Below, piece by piece: positions 51,767 to 63,530 of a DNA stretch of 64,000 bases. Position numbers and translations under genes: made by a program. The stretch is taken from positions 312,001-376,000 of the forward strand of contig CM119373.1 in the NCBI GenBank assembly GCA_051294905.1. Reading direction: 5' to 3'. The stretch is from Botryllus schlosseri. Its lineage: Eukaryota. A model generated the notes under the pieces. It was given only the letters and a program-made list of their open reading frames with translations. It made no database searches and was not told the DNA's origin. The number at the start of each line of letters is the position of its first letter. The first letter of the stretch is position 1.

Positions 51767-54417
51767 CTATAAGTACTCATTTGCTACATGATAATCACAT
51801 TACAGGACATGGAATTCTAGGTTAAAATGTCAAATGCAAATAATTAACATCAACTACGTATATACAAGGATAACAAGGTTATGAAATGACTTGTAGCAGT
51901 CCTTCAATCAGACACACACATTGAACCAGAATAAGTGAATAGCAGGCAGCCCTGTGATCAGTGATCACAAGCAGTGATTTATCAGGTATGCAGAAAACAG
52001 ACTGCTGTAGAAACACGTGCAGCTGAGTCAGCCTGATCGCAATATCGTTGCCAGACGCAAAACACTCATCGCATAGTAATATAGAATAGCCACAACTGGC
52101 GAGTATACAAACAAAACGACTGATTACTACTGCAGAGTGCAGATTACTGCATGGCAGTACCATCACCAGTACCGGCATGCCGTCTGGTACGTATCTACAC
52201 ATCCTACCGGTAAACTCACCTTCTCATATCACATATTTTTCGTACAACCAATATACACCCTGAACACAACATAGAAGCACTCAATAAATTCATCTCGACA
52301 AGCTGCTAAATCCATAGGAGCACACTTTCGACTGAGCTCACGGCAGCAACGATAGCCACGGAAAGTTCGTTTGATCCAACTTTCCGTACGGCAGCAAAAA
52401 AGCGAAGAAATCGACCGTACGATAGCCGTAGCGACAGCCGCCGTGAACGAATCGTGCATGTGTGAACATTTCCACGGCAAGACGGCCTGTTGACCGTACG
52501 ATGGAAAACCGCGCGGCAAAAATCGTGGCCGGGAACCGTGCATGTGTGAATTACCCTTTAGAACAATGCCGATTTTCAGACGTTGAGGTGTATTTCAAGG
52601 GGGTTCCATTGCCCTTATTAGATTTCAATGTATATTTTCGGAATCAGTGCGACAGTAGCTTTCAAATAAGATGAACTTTATTGAATTTAAGCACGCGGGT
52701 CGTCAGCTATGGGATTAGCAATTATGTTGCGTTCAGATTGCTGAGCAGTAATTACCTCGGGGCAAGCACGCGTGACGACGGATGTTGCGTATCTATCCGT
52801 AGGTTAGTTATCTATAGTTAAACGTAATCAGCTTCCAAAATAGGCTGTGAGTAAGTCTGGGCAAATTTGCCGACCTTTAATTAGTAGGCCTAATCAGCTG
52901 GGCCACGCCAAGTTGGAAATGGAGTCGCGACCATAAAAGGTTGTAAACTACCGGATGTGCGGTCTTTATGTAGCTCAGTGGTGTAATGCGCACCCGCATT
53001 AGGCTGATAAATAATCTTATCGGTGCATGTGACATGATCATGAAGAACGCTACTTGCATTTTCGAAGCCATCATCCTCCACCAGCTCTACCGCTAACTCT
53101 GATCATGTGGGCGGAGAGAGGATAAAAATTATATAGTAATATATGGAAGAACCAATGTTATTGACATAATTCCACAATACGCGGGGATATAGCGTTTTAG
53201 CATAAGTGGTGACAATAAGGGCTCTCTAATCGGGCGGTCCAGGTGCTTATCTGGGCTCATCTTTCCCCGCCGTAAAAAGCCCAGAAAAAGATCCGGCGAA
53301 AGAAAGCACTCACAAGGAATAGAAAGAACTAGAAAGGGCCGCGGCTTCAAAAATATCAACATCAAAAAGAACTGTGACGTCGGGCACTATAGGCATGTAT
53401 CTGTTCATTGCAACGCATTGTGTCTTATCGCATTGTACCGTGTGTGTCTTGTTCTGGTAAAAAAAAGGTCCTAACGAATAATTATTATCATTATCGATTA
53501 TCGAAGAGGATTAGTATTCTGCACTTTTCAGTAATTCATTCAAATCATGTACGACCAGATGCATAGCCTAATAGTAAGCCCCCAGAAGTTGCATCGATTA
53601 CCGTACGGTGGGCCGATCAGTGTTTATTGTGCGGGAGGGGGCTGAAAAAATGTGACTTCGGCCCTGGTTACAACTTACAACTCACAAACACATACTCCTG
53701 ATCAGGATCGTAACCACCTCTTGTTGATAGCCAAAGCCTTTCTGGTGTGACGTCATATTGATCGAAATGTGTTCATACCTTATTTAAAATTCGCTAGTGG
53801 GCGCTAAAGAGCGTCCGGAATTTGGGTTACAAATATATGGTAACCCTACTTTATGACTAATAAATAATAATAAAAATAATACCCGAGAAAACATTTATAT
53901 GGTAGATCGGTGTACCATGACACGGACTGGGTAGGAACAACTGATCCTAATTACTTAATTCAATTCAGTTCATTGCTAAAATTTTTATCATTTCATTACC
54001 CCACAAGACTGCGCTCCAATGAAAGAGAGGAAGGTCTCGAAACGACTTGGAGTAGTCTTCGAAATCAGACACCCACCTGGCCTATAGGCGATGTAAAAAA
54101 CGAGGCATGCAGACTGAATGTAAAATAAAAGCATATAATATATAAATACAGGTGATAAAAAAGGTGGCATGTGTATGTGTCGGAAGGCGAGATCGATATG
54201 TCAGGTAGTAGTCCTAGACGTCTAACTAGTATTCATTCATTAATATTAATTTCAAGAACGATCTAAGTGACGAACTATAGCATACGAATGGCAATGGGGT
54301 CCCATTTTAGAACACAGCATATTAGAGCGAAGACGAACATTATAACACGATGGAAGTGTTAGTGATGTAATTTACACCGAATCTCGAGGATTTCTTTTAT
54401 TTCATCACCAACTGCAG

Positions 54418-54609
54418 AGAAAGAGCGATTAGAAGACGCATTCACGGACATATCCTCACGTTTCTCAAGCGCCCAAGAATTCGGAAAATTTGCGTTTGCC
54501 GGTTCCGGACTCGGCTTAAGCTTTGTGGAAGTAGACGAAATTAAGAGCGACAATGCAAGAGAACTCGAGAGAAGAGTTGCTATGGTTCGACTCTGGTCTC
54601 AAAGAGAAG
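54418..54609 (+). CDS. Coding exon 6: death domain 2 (intact; absent from the ORF track)
   Basis: CTGCAG acceptor after a pyrimidine tract, GTTACT donor; 192 nt; KERLEDAFTDISSRF..FGKFAF..GLGLSFVEVDEIKSDN..RRVAMVRLWSQREG, paralogous to exon 4. Confidence 0.8.
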
Positions 54610-54869
54610 GTTACTATATATTTATGATATCTATGAACTATATCGCCGAGCCGATGCCTGGTTTATGGTTTAGTTAGGGCTTCAGGCATTGTCGTTAATG
54701 GGTTTTCTACCCCGACAACCAGAATTGCACAAACTAGCAATCTAGTCGAGTCAGTTAGCAACTACTGTTATTTGAGTAGTGTAGTTCTGGAAGGTGATTA
54801 ATTGAGTAGTAGGCCTGCTATAGTTCTAATGGGTCATTTTAAGTAATTCTAGTTCCCTAAGAACTAGCC

Positions 54870-55690
54870 CACTGGTTCTCAACCGGGGGTACGCGAAGCA
54901 TTTTCAGGGCGTCCGCGAAACCACCAAATTTACAAAATGGTTGATGACCTAATCTTTACATTTTTAAATAGGAGAAATTACGAGACAGTTGTGCTTCATA
55001 ACTGCCAAAACTTCATAACTTACATGAACAGAATGGTCGTCTGATATGAAATAATAAACTTTATAAAAATTCCAAATTGCCAATAGCCTACTGATACAAA
55101 CATATTGCTGTTTAGAGATGTTTTGTTGGGGTTTTGGAAAAAAAATTGTTTGCAAAATTCCATTTTCTCCATTGATTCCATTTTCTCCTGTGATATGCAT
55201 AATCGCTATTCCAAAATAACCAAGATAACCTGCTAGATAGAAATGGCTAGGATGGACGTTATATGTTCACTATAAATCAGGTTCCCAATTTTGATGTTAT
55301 GTGTTGCGATCACACCCAAAGGTGTCGTCCGAATCGTTGCGCGATATTATTACGTTCGCCACTACCTCTCAGTGTGGAAATGTATTTTCGGCACTCTTTC
55401 ATATCAAATAGACGGCGTGGATGTCCAGGACATGGCCGCATATTTGAAGAAATATAGCTACAGACTTCGCTTCCAATTCCTTACCAATTTCTACATAAAC
55501 AGTATATGCTATGGTTTTATTTTCAAGAATGGTCATTTTGTTGCGGTTTATCACTAACCTACAGTTGATATTTACACACATGCACAGGACACGAAGATGG
55601 TGCAAAAATTAAACTAAAACTATGGGGGTGCGCGGGACTCCGTGACGGTCCAAAAGTGGTCTGCGAAGACAAAAAGGTTGATAACCACTG
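54870..55690 (+). mobile_element. Family B Charlie-type element in intron 6
   Basis: TIRs CACTGGTTCTCAACC / GGTTGATAACCACTG; perfect TSD AACTAGCC; colinear with 810-1851. Confidence 0.9.
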
Positions 55691-56194
55691 AACTAGCCTA
55701 CGTGTTTGGAGTGATTCGTGATACCGGTGTTCTATTGTGTGATGTTCTTTCAGTCACCACTAGCCCAGAATCACCACTGCTAAAAGTAACGTAGCCAGGG
55801 AGTCAAACGCATCCCATTTCAAACTTGAATTAACGTTCATGTGGAAAACCGATCCTAATCCGATAAAAGAAGACTTCATAATTGGGTCTAGTTAACTGTG
55901 TTTCAGTTAGTTAGTTGTGGATTTTTAATGGTCGTTAGTTATAGTCATAGTTGCGATGCGATCGAGTTTTAAAAAGTGAATAGTCCTTTTTCTGATTCTA
56001 GTAGCGAATTTTGAGAACGCAGTATATATTGAGCAGTTGAGCACGCTGCTCGTCGGATCGGATTTACTGGGTTCCAATAAAGTTATTTTATTAGGCGGTC
56101 GAGAACAATAGACTGATAAATCTGCCCATGTTATTTGCGTAATTTCCAATTTCTTGAAAAACTTCAAACCATGAATCACTTTTTCATCTTTCAG

Positions 56195-56265
56195 GGGAAA
56201 GAGGAACACCCGCGAATTTACGCAAGCTTGCCGATCAGTATTTCGACAGTCAAAAATCTACATGA
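56195..56265 (+). CDS. Terminal coding exon 7: end of death domain 2
   Basis: CATCTTTCAG acceptor; ERGTPANLRKLADQYFDSQKST*; paralogous to exon 5. Confidence 0.78.
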
Positions 56266-56282
56266 ATAAGTTTGGAAAGTTC

Positions 56283-56288
56283 AATAAA
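56283..56288 (+). terminator. Candidate polyadenylation signal
   Basis: AATAAA shortly after the exon 7 stop codon. Confidence 0.45.
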
Positions 56289-56385
56289 GAAACCTTCGCA
56301 TCCAATATTTCGGGACGTATCTTCTTTTTCGACATCAACCTGCAACTTCTGAATTCATTACACTATAGTCACAACTAGTGATAAT

Positions 56386-57360
56386 CAGTGTTGGGATCAA
56401 GTCACTACCTTCGAGTCACGAGTCATTTCATTTCGAGTCATTGCACATTTTGACTCGAGTCAAGTCAAGTCGATCGATTTTCGAAGGTGACTCGAGCCAA
56501 GTCAAGTCACTCGGTTTTTGGAGGTGACTCGAGTCAAGTCAAGTCAAGTCACGAGTCAAGTCACAATTCAAGTCAAGTTCCTTTTTCGAAGTATGAGGCA
56601 TGTTTACGTCATCGCATTTTGCTAGCTGTCTGAAACACAGATTGAATGGTCATTAATTTTCAAACGATAGACGAATATAGAGTTACATATACACACAAAA
56701 AGGCGCTGTATCACTCATATATACGTTGAACTGATAAACTACGTAAGTAATTGCATAGCCTCAGTTTATAGTTATCAGCCAAAATAGAGAATAGAGAAAC
56801 GAATTGAACAGATGCAATAGATTACCAGCTTACAAATTGATATGATACAATTCGAGCCTGTGTCAATAATTGAGGGCTATATAAACTATATTCGAATTCA
56901 ATTTCAATAAGACAAGAGGTTTGGTTAAGGTCTGAACATAGAGCAGAAATAGATATTTTGCTATTAAATTACTTTACTATATTAGTTTACGACAACGTAA
57001 GCTGTAAGCTTCGATCACTTCGTTCGCAGCCAATTTATTTGTGACAGAATAATGGAGGCACAGTAAAACGCACGATCATTGAATTATTGGTCGTTCTCAC
57101 GGGCTACATCAGCGTTTCGCGAACAATCCGAACATATGCAAGATACAGTGATTTTTATCGGCACCGATTACTTGATGACTTGAAATTGACTCGTGAATTT
57201 AGCTCCGAGTCACGAGTCAATCCACATTTTTGATACGCCGAGTCAAGTCAAGTCAAGTCAAGTCATTTTAGCAAAGTGACTCGAGTCAAGTCAAGTCATA
57301 CGAAAAAGGTGACTCGAGTCTGACTCGAGTCAAGTCATGACTCGAGTCATCCCAACACTG
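56386..57360 (+). mobile_element. hAT non-autonomous element with GAGTCAAGTC arrays
   Basis: TIRs CAGTGTTGGGAT / ATCCCAACACTG; perfect TSD GTGATAAT; related fragment near 32912. Confidence 0.92.
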
Positions 57361-58089
57361 GTGATAATTCATTGAGACATTGTCAAGAACTCAACAACCT
57401 CGGTCATCCCATTACTGCAATTTGAAGCAATGTCTCACCCCGTTAGCAAGTTTGTCCGAAACGCAATCTCAATAACTGAATTGTATTCAACATAGGAATT
57501 TGGTAGTAGCCGTAGCAGTAGCATATTTATCGGTTGTACGTTTTTGCTGTATAATAAATATATCATTTATCACCGATTAGTGTGTATAGCGCACGACTAC
57601 GCATAGGTTTCAAGAGATACTCAATTGCCGCGTGATAAGACACTGCGCAGAATTTTTCATAGATACCTCAAAATGCTTGTTCAAGCTTTAGCAATACTAA
57701 AAACGACTGACGAATAAATATCTTATTGGTGTAGCTACAAATTGAGCAATAATATTCATCAGTGCAAGATACCCTGAAAGTGCCAGTGATACTGATAATA
57801 TGGTGACCAAGTTATGCGGGGTGTTTCAACAGTCAACAGTTTCAGGTCTGCGTCAGCATTAGAATCATCAGCCAATAAATGGAAATTGTATTCTATATAA
57901 GATGTTAAGGATATAGCAGTTCAGAATTAATCATCATTTTGATATTTGAAAAGTAAATAATTTTAGATTACAATAACTCGAACTCTGACTAAATGATCAT
58001 ATAGAATATATCCAGAAATGGCCAGTTGGCCACGTGTCAATAACAGAGTATCAGCGGAGGAAGTACCTAGTTGGAGTAGTTACGCAAGT

Positions 58090-59735
58090 GGTTATGTTTG
58101 TAGACTAACTTCCTCTTCTACTAGAACGCTTTCAAGGCAAAACTGTTTACTTTTAACAAATTTGGATCTTGAAAAGTAGGAAGTAGTTTTGCAACAAATT
58201 AGCGTCATTTTTAAAAGTGAAATTGCCAGATTCGCGTGAAGCAGCATGATTTCTCGTTTTGTTTTAAATAGAAATAGTTTGGGTGCCTGCAATCACATCT
58301 TAAATAGACATTGAACTTCTCTGTTGCTGAGATACTTTTTGCTGAATGGGAATATTCAAACCAAGATTTTTTACGAAAGTGAGTATATTCAGTCAAAATG
58401 AATGAGCGCCAGAACAAGAAGTAATCGAAAAACAGCAGAAAGTGATTATTTATACGTAACATGTTACGGAAATGGGTTCAAATAGGCATCAGCTAACTTT
58501 CCCGAATTATTCGCTTCCTGCCTCACCTTCTTGAGGACACTTAGGGACGGCGCATCGTCACGGTTTCCAGATTGATAAACATCCTCCGGTATTTTCCCAA
58601 GATAATGCAAGTAGGTCTCGCGAGGTTCTCCAGTTCTCATGATCTTTTTGAACTCTAATCTGCGATTTCGGGAGAGCCTCGTCGACTTGATACCAACATG
58701 AACGATTTTCCCGGCAAAGAAAACTTGAAATCTGCGCGGATTTGCTCGGTGACATAGAAGTTTAATCTTGCCGTGGCACGATTCGAACGTGCATTTGCCG
58801 TAACACACCAGGACATGCTTGGAGTGAAGTCCGTTGAAATTGTGTCGTTTGAAAGCGTAACTACAATAGGGATTGCAACCCTTCAACCCAGCCCGCACGA
58901 TATCGGTCCATGTGTTCAATGTTATGGTCCGGCCAACGACGGATTCGGAGATCGACTTCCAGTCGTGGCGAGATATCTCAAAGGAGCGTTCGTTTGGCAT
59001 ATTTTCACCAATCCAGACTGGCCTTTCTTCGAACGGGTGATACATGACTGGACTTGAATTTGAGTGCACCCCAGAAGGGATGTCAAGGTCCTGAACGTCC
59101 AACGTTTCTGGCTGGCCTCTTCGGTCAGTACCTGGCGTACTAGCAGAGTCTCTATCTTTCAAACACGTAGTTGCTTCATGACCTTTACATGGTGGATAGT
59201 TTGATACTGTTTTATTTGAATTATTGGTATCATCCACTTCCTTAGTAAACATACATGTATCATGATCGGAAAGGATGCTTTCATGCGATGGATGAAGATA
59301 ACCCTCCACTGTGCTATTACCAGCAGTATTCACGTCGATGCACACTGTTGTAATTGGTAATCCAATCGCAATATCCATATCGGCAGTATCATCCGAACCA
59401 GTGCAATCAACATCACTGATTGACTCGACATTATCTGATTGCGGGCCAATCTCGGTTAACTTGGCCAAGATCTCAGCATTGCGTTTCTCCCAAAAACCTC
59501 TTCCTAATCTCATTACGTTTCGCTTATCTTTTTTGGAGAAATTACGATAGCCAAAGAGGTGTTCCACGATGAAATTCCAGAACCCGGGTACTTTGACGTC
59601 ACTTGCGCCGAACGCGTGCATTGCTTCAGCAAAATCGCCGACATTGAACATCGTAGACCTCATATCAGCACTATATAGATAAATCGTCGTCAAATCAATT
59701 GATATACCAACGCTGGAAGCAGAAAGAGGAGACAT
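58090..59735 (-). pseudogene. Mutator-like (NOF-type) transposase N-terminal part; 423-aa open frame followed by frameshifts
   Basis: W..I..WTD..NPYCSYAFKRH..GKCTFESC..H..R.SR.RR..GNRD..VLKKVRQE resembles my recollection of NOF-FB/MULE N-termini; a degenerate YLD..G follows at ~58300. Confidence 0.6.
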
Positions 59736-61499
59736 ACTTCAATTGGACCGGTGAAATAACGAATTGTAATTGGATTTAGCGCAGTAAAATCTAAAGCAGT
59801 GGTTCCTAACGTTCCGTAACCTGCGGACCATTTACACTAATTTGGGCAAACTTCGACAACTACATAGTTGTAGTTGTCTACTTAGAATAATTAAAGGAAA
59901 TAGCGGTAATCTAATTTGTGAAAAGTTTCCATGCTCTCCATTCAATTCAAATCTAATTTCAGGTTTTCAGGAAATTTCCACAGGCTGAACTGTATCGTGC
60001 GAAATCAGCCAAGCTTGCTGTGCAGACATTTGATATTCTCGTGCTCGTGCGAATGAACTTTGTTTAATATGAACCGAAGTCGAGTAAATGTCCAATTCAA
60101 TAATTTTAATCTAATTTCGAAACAAGTGTGTAAGTGCAATTCGGAAAAACTGTGCAAATATAATTCTAATTGTAGTCCAGGGCTGGCCAACCTTTTTGCT
60201 ATTCACGGCCGCATTTCGAATACTTATATGTAGCTTACGGCTGTATTTCAGGACATGGTCGCAATGAAGTAACTGGCCTTCAAATACCAATGCTAAACTG
60301 TCTATGTCTAGTACCAGTGAACTCTGGACTAATCTACTTTTTCATATCGTCTAACTATACGCATCGAAATCGCTAATGGCCATGTAATGAATATTTACTG
60401 GGAGTGGTTATGGTTGCGAATTTTTTTCAGATTCACGAATGAATGCCGTCATTAAAATGAGCAGTGGCACATATTACTATCAAATACATATCCTTTCTCA
60501 GTCCACGTGATAAAGTTGATGGAGGGAGTGTTTTAGAAAATTTTGGGTAAATTATAAATGATGATGCATATTCGTGGGCCAATTGTTATTAGTCACTTTG
60601 TTGCACGCTGTTTTCTCTTGACATCCCATCAGGATTGTAGGCATAGTGGTAAGATATTAGAGTCTCCGAAACGGACCAGAAACAAAATTCTTTCGTGAGA
60701 AGCACTCGATTCCAAGTTGGTATTTTTATATGGGGTGCATCATTTTCCTCCCTTGTTCGCATCTGCACTACGGAGCTCAGATTGCAATGGGCGCTGTTAT
60801 GCTAAAATCGAAAAATGAGGTCGCATTGAATCGCGCACGGCGCGAAGAAAATTTCAGGATCAATTAAATCTCTCAAAAATTCAGGAGTCAATTCGTAAAT
60901 TCAATTTTCATGTCGACGGCCGCCAATACATATTAATTGAATTACGTGTCCACTGCCGCACAAACTTCCTTCTACGGCCTTCTAGTCGAATTTGAAAAAG
61001 AAATGTGCTGCTATAATTCTAATTCTAGTCTAATTGGGAGAAGTAGAAACATATTCTCAATGCTCATGTCGGAATCTGCAAGCCTTTTCGGAGACCTAGA
61101 TTTTCGCTGAGCCATAAAAACAAAAATGTACCACAATACATATCTGACGGCCTGACGGTGTTGAATGCACAAAACCATTAAAATATGATTTTCACACTAA
61201 ACGAAAACATAATAATGAATATTGATTACAAGTCTGTATGACTTGTGCAGTTCCCTTTCAGATACCAGTTAAGAAATACGAGACTTCACCTGGGAAAGTG
61301 GCATCGTATTTCTCGGTTTATCGCAACAACGTGATATCTTAATTACTGGACTCATCACAATAATAGTCAAAATTCGATTGCAGCCCGCAACCAATGAAGG
61401 CCAAGACGGGCGTATCATCACAAATCATATGTACGATAGTTGAGTGTGCGTCTTAACCTCCAGGGAGGCACTGCGATGTGTTCTGGGAAGCCCTAGTGT

Positions 61500-61677
61500 C
61501 AATGTTCCCTCTAAGCTGCACACGTGCGCAAATGCGCAGTGCTGAAGCGGTCTCTGCGCACAGAAAATCTAAGTTGCGCACAAAAAATCCGAAGTGATGT
61601 TTTTTTAAGTCGCTGCGCACTGTTGTCCAAGGGACCACGCACGCGCGTAAACTAGTGAAAAATTAGAGGGAACATTG
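61500..61677. mobile_element. Short hAT-like MITE
   Basis: TIRs CAATGTTCCCTCTAA / TTAGAGGGAACATTG; TGCGCA motifs; TSD not clean. Confidence 0.7.
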
Positions 61678-61989
61678 CCAGGGGCAAATAGTGTTATCGC
61701 TGAAGTCTTACACCGAGGTACAAGTGCGGCCCGCAAAGGCAAATATTACGCTCCGTGAAGAAATGAGACTTTGCAATCACGAGCGCCTAACGAAAAATCT
61801 TTTCTTCTAGTATGGTCTCGTACGCGTGAGCGATACTGATATCATTTCAATAGCGCATTATTTTCTGGGAATGGCAAAATAACATGGTTTAACAAAGTTA
61901 TAAGTAACAATGGGTTAGCTCGAAGTTAATATGCGAGAAACTAGCGCATAGTCTTCTCCGCGTGTCATGAAGATTGCGTAAGATTTCCT

Positions 61990-62810
61990 CAGAACCGTAA
62001 CTGCCGCACCCCAAACCCTCAATTAGGGGGCCGAGATCGAAGGGAGCCCAAAATTATTTCGTGAATTAACATAAATCATGGTGTATGTTTTGGGAAGTTT
62101 TCAAAATATTTTTCGCGCGGCGCGCGAATTAATTTTGTCAAATATCTTGATTATTGGGCACCCTTCCCACAACAAAAATACGCGTGATTAAGAGAAATGG
62201 GCACTTGGGCGTCGGCCATTACCTTGCCACGACGCACCAAGACATATGAAGTTATAGGCTATGTACCATGCGACTTCGAGAAGTGCGCCAAAACGATCAG
62301 CAGCGAGAAAACCTTGGCCGAAAAGGCCTGTCCGATATGCTGACCGAAAACTTCGATTCATACATATAAGTTTAATTGTCCACAGGTGCGTAAATATCTG
62401 GCGCTGAATGTTCGTGTGCTGGTGATCCGAGTCCCACAACAAGACAAATGCCATGTCGAGGGAACATTATTTGCCAGTAGAGAAATACCAATTTTAAATC
62501 GTGTTCGTGTTTTAGTTTAGTACGTCTGAGCGATTTCAATGTCTTTTGACATAGCCGATAGGACGTCACGAAATAGCATCATGTAACGAAGTCATTATAC
62601 CAACGGGTGCGCCCGAAGATGTTTAATTAATATTTAGAGGACCTACCTTTTCTAACACACCTCACTCGATCAGCTTTACAGGTAAATCTGATTATGTGAG
62701 CAGAGAGAGGATAAAAATGGATAGCAATAGATATATGCAATTCCCGATCATATTGACCGATTCAATCATGAATCATATAAAATTTTTGCGCTTCGCGCGT
62801 TCAGGCGACA
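61990..62810 (+). mobile_element. Family A hAT copy, truncated
   Basis: Colinear with 46-800 (CCGTAACTGCCGCACCCCAAACCC...). Confidence 0.8.
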
Positions 62811-62899
62811 CAACCACGCAACCGGCCCCCGATGTAGATGATAAGTATTGGCAAAAACCGCAGTACGACACCATAATTGCAGCAGAAGAAATAGTTCAG

Positions 62900-63530
62900 G
62901 CTATCGATGGTAGATGTTGCCGGACTAACAGATTACTCTCATATCAGCAGAAGATATCAATCACTCTATTTCGCGCACAAATGAATAACAACCCCATCCA
63001 GACTTCGCGTGCCGCTGTGCTTTGTCGATTCTCGCTAGTTGGCCACACGGATAACGCAATTTGCATAATTTCAAATGAGCGAGGAAATATTAGAGATACA
63101 ATCGGCCTTTCAAACTGACCAGTTTCGGGTTTGAAATGAGAAAGGGATGTCCTTGGCAATGAGAGCTCCTCGAAACCGTCCTATGGCTACGCCATTGTTC
63201 ATCGCAAGTCATATCTTTTTGTATTTTCATTCACCTTCCGTGAATATAGTAAGTAAATGTGTCTATACCCGATCTAGAAGGAAATACGGTGTATCGAGCG
63301 ACCTATCATGTAACGCACTTGTCGTTCGCTGTTGCAAGATTGCGGCCAGCGGCCTCTACCAAATTGGAAAAGTGGCATTCGTTCATTCAAGTTGGTGACT
63401 CCTGATCGCTAAGTTCGCTGTCCCAAGACAGTACAGCGTTGATTCTCATTTTGGCCTTGCGGCATCCCATATGGGGAAACACTTAGCAGCACCCGAGCAA
63501 TGGATCAGCTTTGCAAGGTTTCCGAATCAG
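62900..63530 (-). pseudogene. Possible decayed MULE transposase fragment
   Basis: Weak: FPRSFEI..GLLFICARNRVIDIF..NLL resembles the segment before the MULE DGTF motif; several stops. Confidence 0.3.

Larger units (their letters stand above)
47632..52557 (-). mobile_element. Non-autonomous PIF/Harbinger element with decayed MADF/BESS-like gene
   Basis: TIRs AGGCGAATTCACACAT / ATGTGTGAATTACCCT; TTA TSD; minus exon remnants MDLAACRDEFIE (~52315) and YDHFANFMAAQLR (~48630-48665). Confidence 0.8.
47305..52817. mobile_element. Foldback element (CTATAG family) with ~260-bp inverted arms
   Basis: 47305-47562 is the diverged reverse complement of 52560-52817; GTTAAAC at both junctions. Confidence 0.85.
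46895..53848 (+). mobile_element. Tip100-like hAT element, outermost shell of the nest
   Basis: TIRs TAAGGTTGCCATA / TATGGTAACCCTA; perfect TSD CTTTATGA; outer parts homologous to 2910-3615. Confidence 0.88.

Noticed and set aside
55084..55090. TAGCCTA here (and TAGGCTA near 62256) as footprints
   Set aside because: Alignment to paralogous repeat copies shows substitutions, not 5-bp insertions
56386..57360. GAGTCAAGTC/GACTCGAGTC arrays as a CRISPR-like array
   Set aside because: Irregular spacing, no unique spacers, no cas genes; these are hAT subterminal repeats inside TIRs with an 8-bp TSD
215..63398. Most remaining 60-140 aa ORFs in the track
   Set aside because: They lie in non-coding MITE or intron sequence or antisense to real frames, often start at non-ATG codons, and show no recognisable motifs
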